IMG/VR virus record: IMGVR_UViG_3300031910_000018 | Location: 1-42,922 of that record | From: a virus | Taxonomy: Duplodnaviria; Caudoviricetes | Direction: 5' to 3' (one strand) | Length of the DNA: 42,922 nucleotides | In this document: positions 42,796-42,922 of the stretch, in pieces | Numbering within the stretch: the stretch's first letter is position 1 | Layout: every line of letters starts with the position of its first letter | Program-made: the position numbers and the translations under genes | Notes under the pieces: model-generated | Seen by the model: only the letters and a program-made list of their open reading frames with translations | Told to the model about the DNA's origin: nothing | Database searches by the model: none

Positions 42796-42922
42796 CCAAG
42801 CTTGCTGACACGAGAGACCAACGCGATCCCACAACTCTGGGGCAGCTGATCCTCAACCGAGAGGACAAAACAGTACCTGCTCACGTCGAGGCCGACAGGA
42901 TTCTCAGTGTCAGCAATAATGG
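42792..42922 (+). CDS. Partial CDS, runs off the window end
   Basis: GTGA overlap with mazG; frame open to the end. Confidence 0.5.
   Translation, partial: MTKLADTRDQRDPTTLGQLILNREDKTVPAHVEADRILSVSNN

Overview
This is about 43 kb of a GC-rich tailed dsDNA phage genome. Both ends cut through genes, and I saw no integrase, tRNA or CRISPR array. The host is probably actinobacterial; this is inferred from the Rpf-type domain, the leaderless SigA-type promoters and the GC content. Layout: (1) 1-5950 (+) replication/recombination: family-A DNA polymerase with an N-terminal UDG-like domain, Cas4-like exonuclease, Sak4-like ATPase, SSB-like protein, HNH, VRR-NUC, a secreted Rpf-like transglycosylase and a SLOG protein. 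(2) 6040-30221 (-) podovirus-like late operon: TerL, lysis cassette, portal, scaffold, capsid, tail tube/adaptor proteins, chaperoned tail fibre, four probable ejection proteins including a 1663-aa protein with an ART-like domain. (3) 30240-31615, an unusual island between terS and terL: two duplicated HTH cassettes, a 54-bp degenerate repeat built from phased RGCY motifs, and an adjacent ~880-bp stretch with no RGCY at all. (4) 32345-35760 (+) small early genes, including an acidic/basic HTH protein behind a consensus promoter and a pseudoknotted leader. (5) A primase-helicase operon (-). (6) 38873-end (+) endo VII, SNF2 helicase, NMP kinase and MazG. The most striking unexplained signals are the RGCY-free zone with its RGCY-phased repeats, the standalone phage Rpf, and the leader pseudoknot. 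All protein assignments are from motif recognition by eye, not from database searches.
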